Source of the DNA: the human T2T-CHM13v2.0 reference genome, Homo sapiens
NCBI RefSeq assembly: GCF_009914755.1
Contig: NC_060932.1
Length of the DNA: 64,000 nt
Direction: 5' to 3' (one strand)
Under the pieces are notes generated by a model. It was not told the origin of the DNA and made no database searches. It saw only the letters and a list, made by a program, of their open reading frames with translations. Each line of letters begins with the position of its first letter. Within the stretch, counting starts at the first letter, position 1. Below, piece after piece: positions 25,752-40,565 of this stretch. The translations under genes and the position numbers were made by a program.

Positions 25752-27757
25752 ATAGCATACCATCCCCCGTGATCTGTGGTACTTCCTTTATAGCCTTTAC
25801 AATATCAGTTACAATGAAGGTAATCAGAAATACCAACCTGTTCAATCCTTCATACTGGTAACCTCCAGGATCCATCTGTCTTAAGTACTGACCAGACAAG
25901 AATTTGGAAAAGAGAGTTAGAGGGAACCAAAACTTCTACTTCAACAATTTCCTTGATCAGAACAACAATCTCTCATTACTTCAAGAGAGTCTGTATTTAT
26001 TGTATACCACCAAAGATGTCTCCAGTCACATTTTCCCATTAGCAAATTTACCCCTACCCTGCTTTAAAGTGCCTTACAGAGTATCATCTGTATACCCCAC
26101 AGCGATTACTGGACAACTAGTGTCCATATCTGGTGACCCTAAGAAGTTTGCATATCACCTCTACATCACTTCATCCAAAAAAGCCATTGCAATAAGCCTA
26201 AGGCTTTTTTTTGTTTTATACTGTAAGGGATATTTTAATTATATGGACTTTTGAATTTTAATTCCTAGAAATTACCTTTATTATTATTTTCTGTCTAGAA
26301 CTTCTATATCTGGATATTTGCACTTCTATGGATATTTCTCAGCTGTTCGATCGTATTTGTTTCCTTCTAGGAATGTGCTGGTATCCCACCTTACAAATGA
26401 TGAATTCTTTCTTCAGCTATATTCATTCTCATATGCAATCTATTATGCTTCTTATTCAGCTGTTAACTTCTTTGCACCTAGTGTTTCTATTTGATTATTT
26501 TTCATTACATCTTATTCTTGTTTCCTATTGGTAATATCCTTCCCTTGTTGCATATTTTCTCTATTTCAAATTCTGACTCTTCCATTTTAATACTTATGAT
26601 ATGTTGTCCAATTTACATTTTTTAATTTAAGGAAGATATATTTCTGAAATGTTCAATTTAAATAAGTTATATCTTAGTATTTTGGCATTTAATAATATTA
26701 TTAATTTGGCTTATCCCTGAAGAGATAGATACGTTGGCTGTTAATATGAACAGGGGAGGGGCAGAAGAAGGAATCTAGGTCAATCCTTAGAGGTCAAAGG
26801 TTTATGAAGGGATGGGCTTTCAGGTGAAGAACTCAAGTTACCACAAACCAGAATTAACCACTCCAATTTGGTTTCACCGCACCAAGTAACTTTTCAAGTC
26901 AACACTCTACATTCAAACACCAAGGAAAAGGAAGACTGCCTAAATTGTCATCCATCAGCCCTGGAAGTTTGGAGGAAAATGAATGAAAGAGAGAAAGCCA
27001 AGGCTGTTGAGTCCTCATCCATTAGTTTTCCTCAATTCTCCACCCTGTCAGGGATTTTGCATTCCCTTGATTTTATCCCTACAGAAGGATGGGCCATTGG
27101 AAGTATTGGCCTTCAAAGGTATGGGCAACCATTGCCAAATCCTGCAACAAAAAAGAAGGCAAAGGGGAAGCCAAGACAGTATTTCAACTGCTCTTTTCTA
27201 ATTTCTACTTTAACAGCTGAGCCAAAAGCCCTTTGCTGTCAGCTGCAGCCATCTACCTGCCTTGCCACATACCAGTTCAAAGTAGCTGTCTTTTTTCCTA
27301 AGGATTTCTCACATTTTTATGAGTCTGCATCGAGTTTTCCTTCTCCCCCCGAGTTTCCCTCGGGTTGATTTGCTGGAGAGCAGCAGCAGCTTGTGCTAAT
27401 TTGCAGTCTTGGCATAAATTGGAAACTCTCCTCCAAGCAGGTTTATGAACAGGAAACAGAAGACAACATCGCTGTAATAGAATCAAAGTAGACTACTGAA
27501 TAGTCTTCTGAGATATATAAGATCCAAATTGTGGAAGAAACCTCAAACATCTAATTGTACATTTGACTACCCTGCTGGAATATTTAACTGTTAATTCCTT
27601 TAACAATATGGTCTCAAGTGAATGGACTAGATAGACAATTTTAAAGTGTAGAATAAACTGAAGAAAAGTTTTACAGTTTAAAGTTTAAATTATTTTAAAT
27701 TTTGACTTAAAACTTGATTAGAAATTATCTTAATTTTAATAAAGAATGAAAAACAAA

Positions 27758-28383
27758 TTTGAGAAATCTTCAAACTGCTTTCCACAGTGGCTGAACTAAT
27801 TTACATAGCCACCAACAGTGGATAAGCATTAACTTTTCTCAACACCCTTACCAGCATCTTTTTTTTCTCTTTTTAACTTTTTAATAACAGACATTCTGAC
27901 TGGTGTGAGACAGTATCTCATTGCAGTTTTGATTTGTATTTCTCTGATGATTAGTGATGATGAGTATGTTTTCACGTCTGTTGGCCACTTGTGTGTCTTC
28001 TTTTGAGAAGTGTGTGTCCATGTCCTTTGCCTATTTTTTTTAATGGAATTATTTGTTTCTTGCTTGCTGAATTGAGTTCCTTATAGATTCTGGATATTAG
28101 ACCTTTGTTATATGCAGAGTTTGTACATATTTTTCCCCATGCTGTAGGTTGTCTGTTTATCAATAGTTTGTTTCTTTTGCTGTGTAGAAGCTCTTTAGTT
28201 TAATCAGGTCTTACTTGTCAATTTTTGGTTTAGTTGCAATTGCTTCTGGGGACTTAGCCAAAAATTCTTTGCCAAGAAAGCCTCAGAAAGGTATTTCAGA
28301 GGCTTTCTTCTAGAAGTTTAAGAGTTTGAGGTCTTACATTTAAATCTTAAATCCATCTTGAGTTAATATCTGTATAGAGTGAG
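27758..28383 (-). mobile_element. L1PA15/16-like, inverted 5' segment (ORF2 3' part)
   Basis: ORF 27972-28163 (NRQPTAWGKIC...[14 protein letters not shown]) is ORF2 C-terminal region in antisense orientation. Confidence 0.85.
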
Positions 28384-28897
28384 CTACCATTTGACCCAGT
28401 AATCCCATTGTTGTGTATATCCCCAAATGAAAAGAAGTTATTATACCAAAAGGCACATGAACTCATATGTTCATCTCTGTGCCAATCACAATAGCAAAGA
28501 CATGGAATCAACCTAGATGCCCATCAATGGTGGACTGAATTTTTAAAATGTAGTATATATACAGTATGAACTACAACATAGCCATAGAAAAGAATGAAAT
28601 CCTGCCCTTTGCAGCAACACGAATGGAGCTGGAGGTCATAATCATAAGTGAATTATCACAGAAACAGAAACCTAAATATGGCATGTTTTCAATTATAAGT
28701 GGGAGCTAAACATGGAGCACAGAAGGACAGAAACATGGGAACAACAGACACTGCAGATTACTAGAGAGGGGAGGGAGAGAGGGGGACATGGGTTGATAAA
28801 ATTATTTGGGTATTATGCTCACTACCTGGGTGCAATATACCCATGTGACAAACCTAAACATATACCCCCATATCTAAAATAAAAGTTGAATTTTATA
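28381..28897 (+). mobile_element. L1PA15/16-like 3' segment with 3'UTR
   Basis: gagctaccatttgaccc...tatgctcactacctgggtgcaatatacccatgtgacaaacc...tatctaaaataaaagttgaa. Confidence 0.85.
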
Positions 28898-29414
28898 AAA
28901 ATAAAAATAATAAAATATGTTAAAAAAGAAAAAATAGATATCAGTACTGGTAAACCTTAAACTACAGATAAATTGCAAAGTTCTAGGTAAAGTGTCAAAA
29001 TCCCTACTTTTAGCTGGGACATCTATTTGAGAAAACCTGTATCCAGCTCTTTAAATATAATTTGCATTGCGGTTGCTTGAATTCACAAATTTGAAGCAAT
29101 CATCATATAATGCTCCTGGCATTGGTGGTGAAAATAAGTCAAAGCATATTTAAGCCTGTATTTTTGAAGCATGTTAACTGTCCTAATGCCCATCTCCTAA
29201 TGTCCTCATAACAGCAATATTTTATTTTTACATTTTGGTTTCTCTTATATTCCCAAATATAGAGCCCACATTAAATGAAAGCTAACTAAACAACTATTTG
29301 GGAGTTCCTAGAACCTACTCTTTTCCAGCCGTCTCTCTAAGTGGACTACCCTTGTTCCTCAAATTCCACCACATTAGGTCTTTTAAAGTTAATCATGAGT
29401 GCTCTACATTAAAA
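28898..29414 (+). repeat. Local direct duplication, copy A
   Basis: Aligns end to end with 35385-35884; by hand about 46 substitutions plus 4 indels (~90% identity). Confidence 0.95.
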
Positions 29415-32089
29415 TGCAAAATATCCTAGAAAGAAAGATATTTTTACCTACTGGTATATAAGTGTGTATTATTTTATCAGATCCTTGGTATGGTATTGAC
29501 CATACGATGGTCAATGAATTAGTATTGAATACCAGGATTTAAAGCAGGCTTCAAAAGACACTGAGGAACGTAGATCAAAGAGAGCTGGTGAAAAGTTTTA
29601 GGATACCAGGTGGGACATGGAAACTAGCAGCACCTTTAGGCCATTTGCCAAAGTGGGGAAAGGAGAAAATATTTTAAAGCAGGTGGGAGTATGCTGATGT
29701 AACTACCTTCTTCACGCTTTCATTTAGAGCCACTGTGCCCAAGAGACTGAAAATACTTGCGAAATTATTACACATATCCCAAAGTCAGGGCTATAAATTG
29801 TGATGCAACAAAAGACCTGACTTTCCCAGGCTGACCACCCAGCTTGCTTACACCTCCCTGCACAGCAACATACACAAGTTCCAATTTGAGGCCCTGCTTT
29901 AGAAATTTCTCACCTGTCCAAAAGAAATTCACCTGAATCTTCCTCTCTACTCCACCTAAAACTGATGAATCTTCCTTACTTCTGGTTGTAGAAAGAATGA
30001 ATGAATTCATTTCTCAGAAAAGAAAGTTAACACTGAGATGATGGGGGAAATGTTGGCAGATATTCATATATGGACAACTTTTCCTCATCTCTAAAATCAT
30101 ACTATGCCTAAAGCCAATGTTCAGGTTACACCTATTATAATTATTTTGCAATATTTAGATAGATACCTAAGTCAGAGACGTCAAAGCAAGGGCTTTCCTT
30201 CGCAATTATAACCCCTCTAATCCTATCCCAAATTCCCAGCTATCTTCAAAACAAAGCCAGTGGATTTCTGTGCATAATTAACACCCAGACTAGACCATTC
30301 TTAACTGGCTCCTCACCTGTAACACAAAATTAACGTCAGGAAATACAACTACACCTATCATTAGCTGCATTCCATATTCCAAAAGAGAAAAAGATATTGC
30401 TTTGAATATATCTTCCTCTTACTTTTTCAAATATTTCCTTATTTGAATTCCTTTGGGTAAATGTCATTTCCTGTTAGGACCCCAAATTCGAATTCCTTTT
30501 TGAGATTCAAAATAACAACCAGTTGTTGGTTTCACAATAGCACTGCAAAAGACTGAAAGTTCTTATAAATCCCTGAAGGAACAAAAAACCATGAGAGTTT
30601 TTATCTACCTAACATTTTGAGTTTTGATCCTTTGGTTTTAGTTTGATATGCTAATATTTTATGCAACTAATTAATAATAACTAATTTTAATAAACTCAGA
30701 ACATCTGTAGAAGGTACAATTTAGGCAACTACTAAATCATGCACCTCTTTCCTGGATTCATTCCGTAGTTTTAAAACAAATTAGTGTCCATTAAATACAA
30801 CATATTTCCATTTTAAAGAAATTATTTAAATTCCACGTAATACTTTATGCATGCATGAATATTTGAACATGTAAAACAAAAACAAAAATGTTAGAACTTG
30901 TAGTTAGCACTCTGTTCAATGTTCTAGTTCAATTTCTATTTTTTTCGTCTATCCTATAATTGTTTATCTTGATTCTATTATTAAATGAGTATGCTGGGTT
31001 TATAAGATGAAATTAATTCCAATCTAGCAATTTCTAAATTCACAATTTTATAAGTCTTAGCTATGTGAAAATAAATAGAAACAGACCTTTTTGCTGATTT
31101 TATAACTAAAGAAACCTGAATTGAATAATTAGGACATAAAAATATGTGATAGTAAAGTTTTCTGAGAAATGGCCACCAAAAACAAGATTCATTTTCAAGT
31201 AAACAATGCAAAAATTCACTAAGCTGTTTGCCAAGTAGTTTTTCTCTTTCTACCTTTATACTTGCACTAGCTCTGCTAAAAGAAGCCTAATATATCTATG
31301 ATTGAGGCCATGCCTTTATTGGAAATAGTGAAAATAGGATAATACATTCAATATTGGTTCACTTAAGGTAAGCCTAAACTACAGGAGATAAAGAATGCCA
31401 TTAGCCAAATAGAAACTGTCTTAAAGATACAACATCTAAGAAGATGATGACAACAGCATAATATGAAACTCCAGTTAGTTAGCAACCTGCTTTGGTGATA
31501 AGACTTGAGCTCATAGGGGTATGCGTCCCAATAAAATAATTCAAAACGTGGAAGAAAAAACAGAGTGTGACATCAGAAAATTGCTGAAATTATTTCTATT
31601 TGAATACTTTTTTTCTGACCCAGAGAGGTACAATTTATCATGGAATGAATGGAACAATATGTGACAATAAGAGGAACCAATGAGAATAAATTAGGCTAGA
31701 TTGCTGTGATACAGTGTTTTGCTTACTTGAATTGCCTACAAGTTTCTTTGCTAAATTCAAGTTGTTTCCTATACTGCTTAACGTGCCAAATTTGTTTTGA
31801 TTCAAAATGCAGTAATGAAAAGAAAAAATTACATTGGCATTACTTTATACGGCAAAGTTATTTTTAGATATTAATATATTCCACAAACAAATTTATTGTA
31901 CTCATTCTAGTTGACCTTAAAATTCTGTTATTCTGCTATTTTCCTAAAGAATATAAAGATCCAGTATGAATGTTAGTGTAAAAAAATCTTACAAAGCTCT
32001 ACCTGGCTTTGATGACCCGTCATTACACAGTAAGATCCCTGCTGCTACTGGCGCTGAATTCTCAATCATGATAGAGCTGCTCCACAATC

Positions 32090-32435
32090 ATGGAAAGATT
32101 TGTTAATTTTTGCATCCACACCCCTTCACTCTAGTTTGACCACACGCTAGGTTGCCTCTTTAATGCCAGGTTCCACCACGTGACTTGAATTAGCCAATGA
32201 AATGTAAACAGAAGTTACACGAGCCTCTTCCATGCACCAGGTGCAAATCTTGTCTCATTTTCTTCTATCTCTTTCCTCCCCCGCACTGCCACATGTGAAG
32301 CTGCTGATTGCCTGGGTTCTGGACTGAAGATCTTATGGAGATGAGCACCAGCTGGTCTCACGCATGTAGTCTGAGCAAGAAACCATTGTTTATCTTTTTT
32401 TAAATTTTCTGTTACTGCAGCATAATTAAGCCTTA
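32090..32435 (+). mobile_element. MaLR LTR, MLT1I/J-like
   Basis: ccacgtgacttg..ttagccaatgaaatgtaaacagaagt...catgtagtctgagcaagaaa...tgttactgcagcataa. Confidence 0.7.
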
Positions 32436-32620
32436 GATCATTAATAAAATGTGTATTTAGAAGACTGGAAGAAATATATTTTATCAAATATATTTATATC
32501 AAATTGTAAACAGTAACATATGCTGGATGATATGGGGTCAAGGTAATCTTTTCATTTTTTGTTTTTCTGCACTTAAGGAAAAATATCTATTTAAATATTG
32601 GAATCAAAATAATGCTTTCT

Positions 32621-33021
32621 ATGTTCTCACTTATTTGTAGGAGCTAAAAATTAAAACAATTGAACCCATGAAGATAGAGAGTAAGTAGAAGGATGGTTAC
32701 CAGAGACTGGGAAGTGTAGTGGGGGTTGGGGGAGAAAGTGGGGATGGTAAACAAGTACAAAAATAATTAGAAAGAATTATTAAGGACTAGTATTTGATAG
32801 CACAACAAGGTGACTATAGTCAATAATAATTTAATTGTACATTTTAAAATAACTAAAAGAATATAATTGTATTGGTTGTAACAAAAGATAAATGCTTGAG
32901 GGGATAGACACTGCATTTATCCTGATGTGATTATTCTGCATTGCATGCTGGTATCAAAGTATCTCACGTACCCCATAAATATATAAAACAATGTACCCAC
33001 TAAAATTAAAAATTAAAAAAA
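32621..33021 (+). mobile_element. L1MA2/3-like 3' end
   Basis: atgttctcacttatttgt..gagctaaaaattaaaacaattgaac...tatttgatagcacaacaaggtgactatagtcaataataatttaattgtaca...A tail. Confidence 0.88.
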
Positions 33022-35384
33022 TACTTTATAAATACTATAAAATCAAATGCTTTGAATATATTCATATGCTGTTCTAATTCCATCCATTGCAGGCAGTTAA
33101 AAATTTACTGTGATAAATAATGTATCCTAATCTCCCTAAATGGGCAGATAGAATTACATACTTTTTACCCTTTAACCCTGGAAGAATAGACGTGTCTATT
33201 GGCAATTTAGAGGACAAAGAAAGAAGTGTGCAGAAACCCTGAAGCCCTTACTGTCCAATTCTTTATGGCACCAAGAGATGTTCTCACAGTCTGCATCAAG
33301 ATGGCTGGTGGCTGGTAATAAGTTTTATGCTAGTAAGTACTTCCGTGAAATTAGTTATTTGCTGGATCCAAAACTTCATTAGCTTATGTTAAGGGAGAAT
33401 TATCTTCAAAGCACCCTCTCAACTAGCAGGGTATGCCCCATAGACGTTTGGGCCAGAAAGCTCATGGCTGAGTCTATCCACCCCATTCCCTTCCCCTACA
33501 TTTGCATTTCTGTTCCTTAAACTGCTTCCTGCTTCCATTCATGGAAGTAAGACCCTCCTCTTCCCTCTAAAGATCACACCAGCAGAAACACCTCTCCCCT
33601 AAGTGGCTTTAGTTTTCCACTCCTAAACTTATTTTATGTTGTATTGTATTTGTTCGTCTTCATTAGTAAAAGTTAGAAACTTAGAAACAAGAAAGCAAAA
33701 AGTATTTAGTGATTTTATAAGAATATATGCCATGTCTCAAGGAGTGATATAAACTTAAATATTTTAAATGTTTACATTCTGCTAATTTCTCTCTTTATTG
33801 GAGCAAAATAATCGTAACGCTATTCTTTAAGAATACCCATAAATTCACCTCAAGAAAAACGGAAGATTTAAGCAAAGATTTAAATAATGTTGTTTACTAA
33901 AATATTATTTGTAAAAGTTAACGATAAAGAGAAAAATTAACAAACATTGATTACACTGTTATTTCCAAAGAAGTAAATATGTTGCAGTAATTAAAACTTG
34001 TGATTTTTCAAAGACGTTTTGAGAAAATAAGAAATGCTTATGATATAATGTTAAATGGAAAATAATTTAAAAGTATGAATATATAACATAAATATTCCCA
34101 TTTTAATTATTTCAATTACTTTAAAGAAAAAATGGAAAGAAGCAACAAGCATCTCAGGATCACATAATTAGGAATTACATGATAGTATTGTTGCCCCAAA
34201 ATACATAGGTTTTGTGTTTTTTTTGTGTGCTTTCAAATTTTTCAACAAAATAAGGCTTCACTTTCACAACTGTAGGAAAACAAATTAAAGGAATCTCTAC
34301 ATGTACATAAATTCCAGTTTTCAGTAATCCAAACGCTATTCAACCAACTTCTTAGTTGAATTAATAATACAGCAACAATACAGTATCCATTTTAAAATCC
34401 CCATAGTAAAAAAAAAAACAAAACTATTTCTCTAACATTTTGAGGAATAAAGTTGGCTACTATGCTCTGCTATGTAGCTGAGAAGACAAACAAACAAACA
34501 AAATCCTAAAGCTCTTTCCTGGCAGCACTGCAAAATCCGAACATTAATGAGGGGAAAGTGGCATATATATGTTTATTCATAGTGCTCAGATTGTGTCCTA
34601 GAGATTAAAGCACTTGCCCAGAGCAAAACTGGAAGTTATTCACCAATAGGGAAACAACTGTGGCCTCCTGAGTGCTAACTGAACCTTTTTCTTTGTAAAG
34701 GAAATCACATTTTAAGTGTGTACATCATTTCACTTCTTGCCCAACATTTAGCCATAAGGAATGCTTAAAATGTGAGACTGGACTTTACCTTTAAATCTCA
34801 TTAACTTTAGTAAGGGACAATTTTTTAAAGCTTTTCTTTGAATTTAAAATTAAACTTAACAGCCAGGTGCATACATTATTGTAAGTGACAAGTTGTTATT
34901 AAAAACATGTGTATTAGGCTCTTAAATGACCTGAACTTACTGTGGTCATACCAACTTTGACAGAACATTATCCAAACCTTTCATGAAGTATTTGGGATAG
35001 CAGCCCTTATACCTGTTGATGTTATAAATTCTAACAAGCTAGATTTAAAACAGAGTAAATAAAAGAATAAAGAGTATATTTACAGAAACTTCAATTAATA
35101 ATAGCTTCTTTCAATAGAACTATTCGTCCTCAGAAGGCACAATCTTGAATTACTAAACATTTTTTATTCTTTTTTAAATTTTGGTAAATTTAATCACTTC
35201 ATTTTCTAATTTTGTTTTCTGTTGCTTCTATTTTTATGTATTCCTGTTTTCTGTATGCCCAACAGCAAAAATTGACAGCCTGAGCCGTGAACTTAGGCCC
35301 GCACAGAATTTCCTATAGGATGCAAGCATCAACATTTATAACTGAATAAGTCGATTATACTTACATGTCATGTAACTTATATGT

Positions 35385-35884
35385 AAAATAAAAATAATAA
35401 AATATGTTGCAAAAGAAACAAAAATAGATGTAAATACTGGTAAACTTTAAACTACAGATAAATTGCAAAGTTCTTTGTAAAGTATCTAAATCCCTACTTC
35501 TAGCTGGGACATCTATTTGAGAAAACCTGTCTCCAGCTCCTCAAATATAATTTGCATTGTGGCTGCCTGAATTCACAGCTTTGAAGCAATCATCATATAA
35601 TGCTCCTGTCACTGGCAGTGAAAATAAAGTGTATTTAAGCCTATATTTTTGAAGCATGTGAACTGTCCTAATGCCAATCTCCTAATATCCTCATGCCAGG
35701 AATATTTTATTTTTATGTTTTGGTTTCACTTATAGAGCCCACACTAAATGAAAGCTAACTAAACAACTATTTGGGAGTTCCTAGAACCTACTCTTTCCCA
35801 ACTGTCTCTCTAACTGGACTACCCTGGTTCCTCAAATTGTACCATATTAGGTCTTTTTAAGTTAATCATTGCTCTGCATTAAAA
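35385..35884 (+). repeat. Local direct duplication, copy B
   Basis: Aligns with 28898-29414. Confidence 0.95.
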
Positions 35885-35974
35885 CATCACTGAATTTTAT
35901 TGTTTTTCTACTGTTCATAATATGCTTTTATTATTTTTATCTATAATTCTGTCTCTGATAATTTCCCCTAATTC

Positions 35975-36287
35975 ATTCTGCGTTGCTTTTTCCTCTTCCT
36001 GAAACAGTCTTTCCTCAGATGTCCACATTACTCATTCCCCACGAGTCAAGTGTTGACTCAAATATTCTTCCTTCAGTGTGGCCTTCTTGCACCATCCTAT
36101 TTAAAATTGCAGCTATCATCTTCCCCTTTATTTTGAGCCACAGCACTCACCATCATCTAACATACTTCCTCGTTTCCTATTTATTTTGAACTTTATTCAT
36201 CTCTGCCTACTCTAATTAAACTTCCCTGGGAGCACGGTGTTTAGGCTATTTTTTTTTATACTGTGACATACCCATCATATTGAAGAG
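35975..36287 (+). mobile_element. L2a 3' region, interrupted by L1PA2 and resuming at 37400-37448
   Basis: ttcctcttcctgaaacagtctttcctcagatgtccaca...ctcaaatattc..cttcagtgtggccttc...; terminal aataaatgaatgaa after the L1. Confidence 0.7.
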
Positions 36288-36292
36288 GGCTC

Positions 36293-37416
<1,124 letters not shown>

Positions 37417-38859
37417 TTATAAATAATGGCCTAAATAAATGAATGAATTCTCCATTTTGTTTATTTGTGTCTTCTCCCTTGTTATTTTCCTCAACTAGTC
37501 AGTCCATGAATGTGTTCATTTTATTACTCTTTCAATAAACCACCACTTAGGATTTGTTATTCACTTTTTAAAATTATTTTTATCTAATTTGTTGATTTCT
37601 TTTCTTCACCTCTGTCTGTTTGGTAGGGAGGGAGATTTGTTCCTCCATTTTTCCATGCAAATCTAAGTACATAGATTTTCCTTTTCCCAACCTTTGTGTT
37701 TTCATTCCCATGCTATCATAAGTATACAGCTTTGTCTCTTAAGAACCTGTGGCAATAAATACTCTTAGCCTCATTCTTGACTGTAATTCAGCTGGCCATT
37801 CATCGCATAAAAAAAAATAGAAGTATAAATCATGTAACAGTTTTTTTAATGCCCTAGAAAACTGTGATCTGTGTTTTGATTCATTTTATTCATTATTTCT
37901 TTTTTCTTTTTCTGGTGAATGACTATTCAAATAGTGATACCCAGTGAGTTAACAGCTGTAATCAGACTTGCATTTACTGCTGCTTTTAAAAAATTGATTT
38001 AACGGGGTTGAACTCATTTTACCACATTTGATTATTTAACTGTAGCTTTTCAGTCTATAGGTATAAAAGGTCAAATGCTAAATTTGAGTACTTAAAGTGA
38101 GGAGTAATTGAGGTTGTTATATCAAGAAAAGATTTAATGGTTGGTGATGACACAGTATTTACATGACTAATGTTGATTTTTTTACTTTAAGTTTTATTCA
38201 CTAATACTCTATTGCCACAGGAGAGTTCTAGGGCTGAATATTATTCAGATGAAGTGAAAACATTGAACCTAATCAATTTTAAACAGTTCATTTGAATATC
38301 TATTATAAACCGTGTGCATTCACTGCCATAGTTGTAATTAACTTAGCTTTATGCTCAGTTTTAAGCTTTTTTATTTAATCAAAATATACCCATTTTCTGT
38401 TTGCATGATGAAGAATACAAAATCTGTCTGTTGACAGTGGAATTTTGATATTAAACTGTTATTTTAAAACTTTTAAGTATAGAGTAAAAAAAAAAAATAT
38501 GTCTTACAGAAAGGCAGCCAATAAAGCTGATTTCAGCATAAACATGAAAAGGCTTATGTGTTATTTATGTTAGGGATATTCATTACTGGATGCTGGTAAA
38601 AATCTATAGAGTTCATTTTCTTAATGTGACACTTTATATTAACTGAATCCTTTTCTTAAAGAAGGTAGGATTTCAGCCAGGTATAGAAAGAGGATTTTAG
38701 GTTCAAATAGGAGCTTTTTGGGTCATGATTACAGCATTAAACTGTCTGTATTTCCTCTGATTTTGAACCAAAGAAAATTATTTACCTTATGTAATGATAT
38801 GGTTGGGCATATGAAGTATAAAAGTGAATTAGTACAGAAAATTAAAACTAATGTGAGCC

Positions 38860-39223
38860 TGTTATGAACTAAACATTTGTCCTCCACCCTTCAAATTCAT
38901 ATGTTGAAATCCTAACCTCCAAGGTGATGGTAGTGAGAGAAGGAGACGTTGGAGGTTATTAAGTCATAGGAGTAAAGTCCTCATGAATAGAATTAGTGCC
39001 TTGATAAAAGTAACCCAGAGAGCTCTGTCGCTCCCTTTCTACCATGTGAGAATACAAGAATGTAGAAGTCTGCAATGGGAAGGGAGCTCTCACCAGAATC
39101 CAACCATGCTGGCACCCTGATCTCAGACGTCCAGCCTCCAAAACTGCCAGAAGTAATTTTTTGTGGTTTGTAAGCCACCCACTCTACGGTACTTTGTTAT
39201 AACAGACCAAACTGATTAAGACA
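38860..39223 (+). mobile_element. MaLR solo LTR, MLT1A0-like
   Basis: TG...CA termini; aaattcatatgttgaaatcctaacc; catgctggcaccctgatctcagac..ccagcctcca; TSD gagcc/gagtc. Confidence 0.9.
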
Positions 39224-39514
39224 GAGTCCTTGAATTTTGCAAATTCATTTCGTATTCAGATCATATAATTTCATTGCTAGAAATGAATATAGAATATACT
39301 CAACTAATCCCTCAATTTTAAAGATATAAAAGAAGACCACCAAATGACCAGGGCGAAATTGCACAGAGAGGAGCTAGTTTTCCAGAGATGAAGGGCATGA
39401 AGTTTCCTGTCTAGACTCCATCATTTAACATTGAACTACCCTGAGGAAGCCATTTTTCTAAGTTTTTACATTAGTGAAAGAAAAACGTAGGTAAGATAAA
39501 GTGATTATGAAGAT

Positions 39515-39752
39515 AAAATGAGTGGCAGACACCCTGTAAGTATTTAAATGTAATGACATTTTATGTATGAAACTCATTTAATTTTTACAATAATCCTGGG
39601 AAGTAGGTAATATTAACTTCCCTGTTTTAGGTTAACAAACTAACGCATAGAGAAGAAACTAGCCCAAGGTAATAGAGCTGGTAGGAAAGAGAGTCATGAT
39701 TCAAATCCCAGCTGTCTGATTTCAAAGCCCAGGCTCTTTGCCATTATATACT
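39515..39752 (-). mobile_element. MIR SINE
   Basis: ctcatttaat..ttacaataatcct..gaagtaggta...gcccaaggt...gattcaaatccc..ctgtctgatttcaaagccc. Confidence 0.75.
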
Positions 39753-39933
39753 ATGACCTACAAATTGGAGAAGTGTCTTAGCAAGAGAAATACCAAGAAG
39801 CCAGGTATGTGTATTTTAATTGTGACTCTTGGTCTGTCCTTTGGACCGCAGCCTTTTCAACTTCAGGCTTATAATTTTCTCCCCTGCATTTCATTCTTTC
39901 TACTCTCCTAGCAATGATGTCTCATTTAGTTAT

Positions 39934-40280
39934 TCTTTTAATTTTTTAATTGACAAATTATAATTGTACATAGTCATGGGGTACACAGTGATGTTTCAGT
40001 ACATATAATGTAGGGTGATCAAATCAGGGTCATTAGCATATCCATCATTTCAAACATTGATCATTTTCTTGTGTTGGGAACATTCAATATTCTCCTTCCA
40101 GCTATTTGCAACTATGTAATATATTATTGTTAACTATAGTCATCCTACAGTGGTATAGAACATTGAAAATTATTTCTCCAGCTAGCTGTAATTTCATATC
40201 CTTTAACAAATCTCTCCCTCCCCTCTCCCCTTCCCATCCTCTAGTATTCTCTGTTCTACTCTTTACTTCTATAGATCTCT
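39934..40280 (-). mobile_element. L1MA5-like 3' end
   Basis: taattgtacat..tcatggggtaca..gtgatgtttc...gatcaaatcaggg..attagcatatccatc...ttgttaactatagtcatcctacagtg. Confidence 0.85.
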
Positions 40281-40565
40281 CAAATCCTATCAACCCAAAC
40301 CTGTGCCTCAGCATTTTCCACCACCATCACCCTTTCAAAACTACCTCCTTTTATGCTGGGAAAACGGCAAAAAAAAATTTCTTGAACCCATCAAGGACCC
40401 GAGGTCACAGCTAATCAAATAATCTGAATTCCAAAGACAAACAAGACACTACAAGGAAATATGAATGGTTCCTTCAGGAAGCGTAAAATCGTGTCAAGTA
40501 AACAAAGGTATGTTCAACCTCCACTGAAGAGTGAAGCACTGCAACTTAAGCAAAAATATGTCATC

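Noticed and set aside
26868-27368. 166-aa + strand ORF
   Set aside because: TTG start, no recognisable homology, and probably overlaps a very old antisense L1/HAL1 5' region
28898-35884. Provirus interpretation: two ~500-bp direct repeats around 6 kb
   Set aside because: No primer-binding site after copy A, no polypurine tract before copy B, no gag/pol/env traces, no shared TSD; the interior holds older MLT1 and L1MA relics. Only copy B has incidental TG...CA ends
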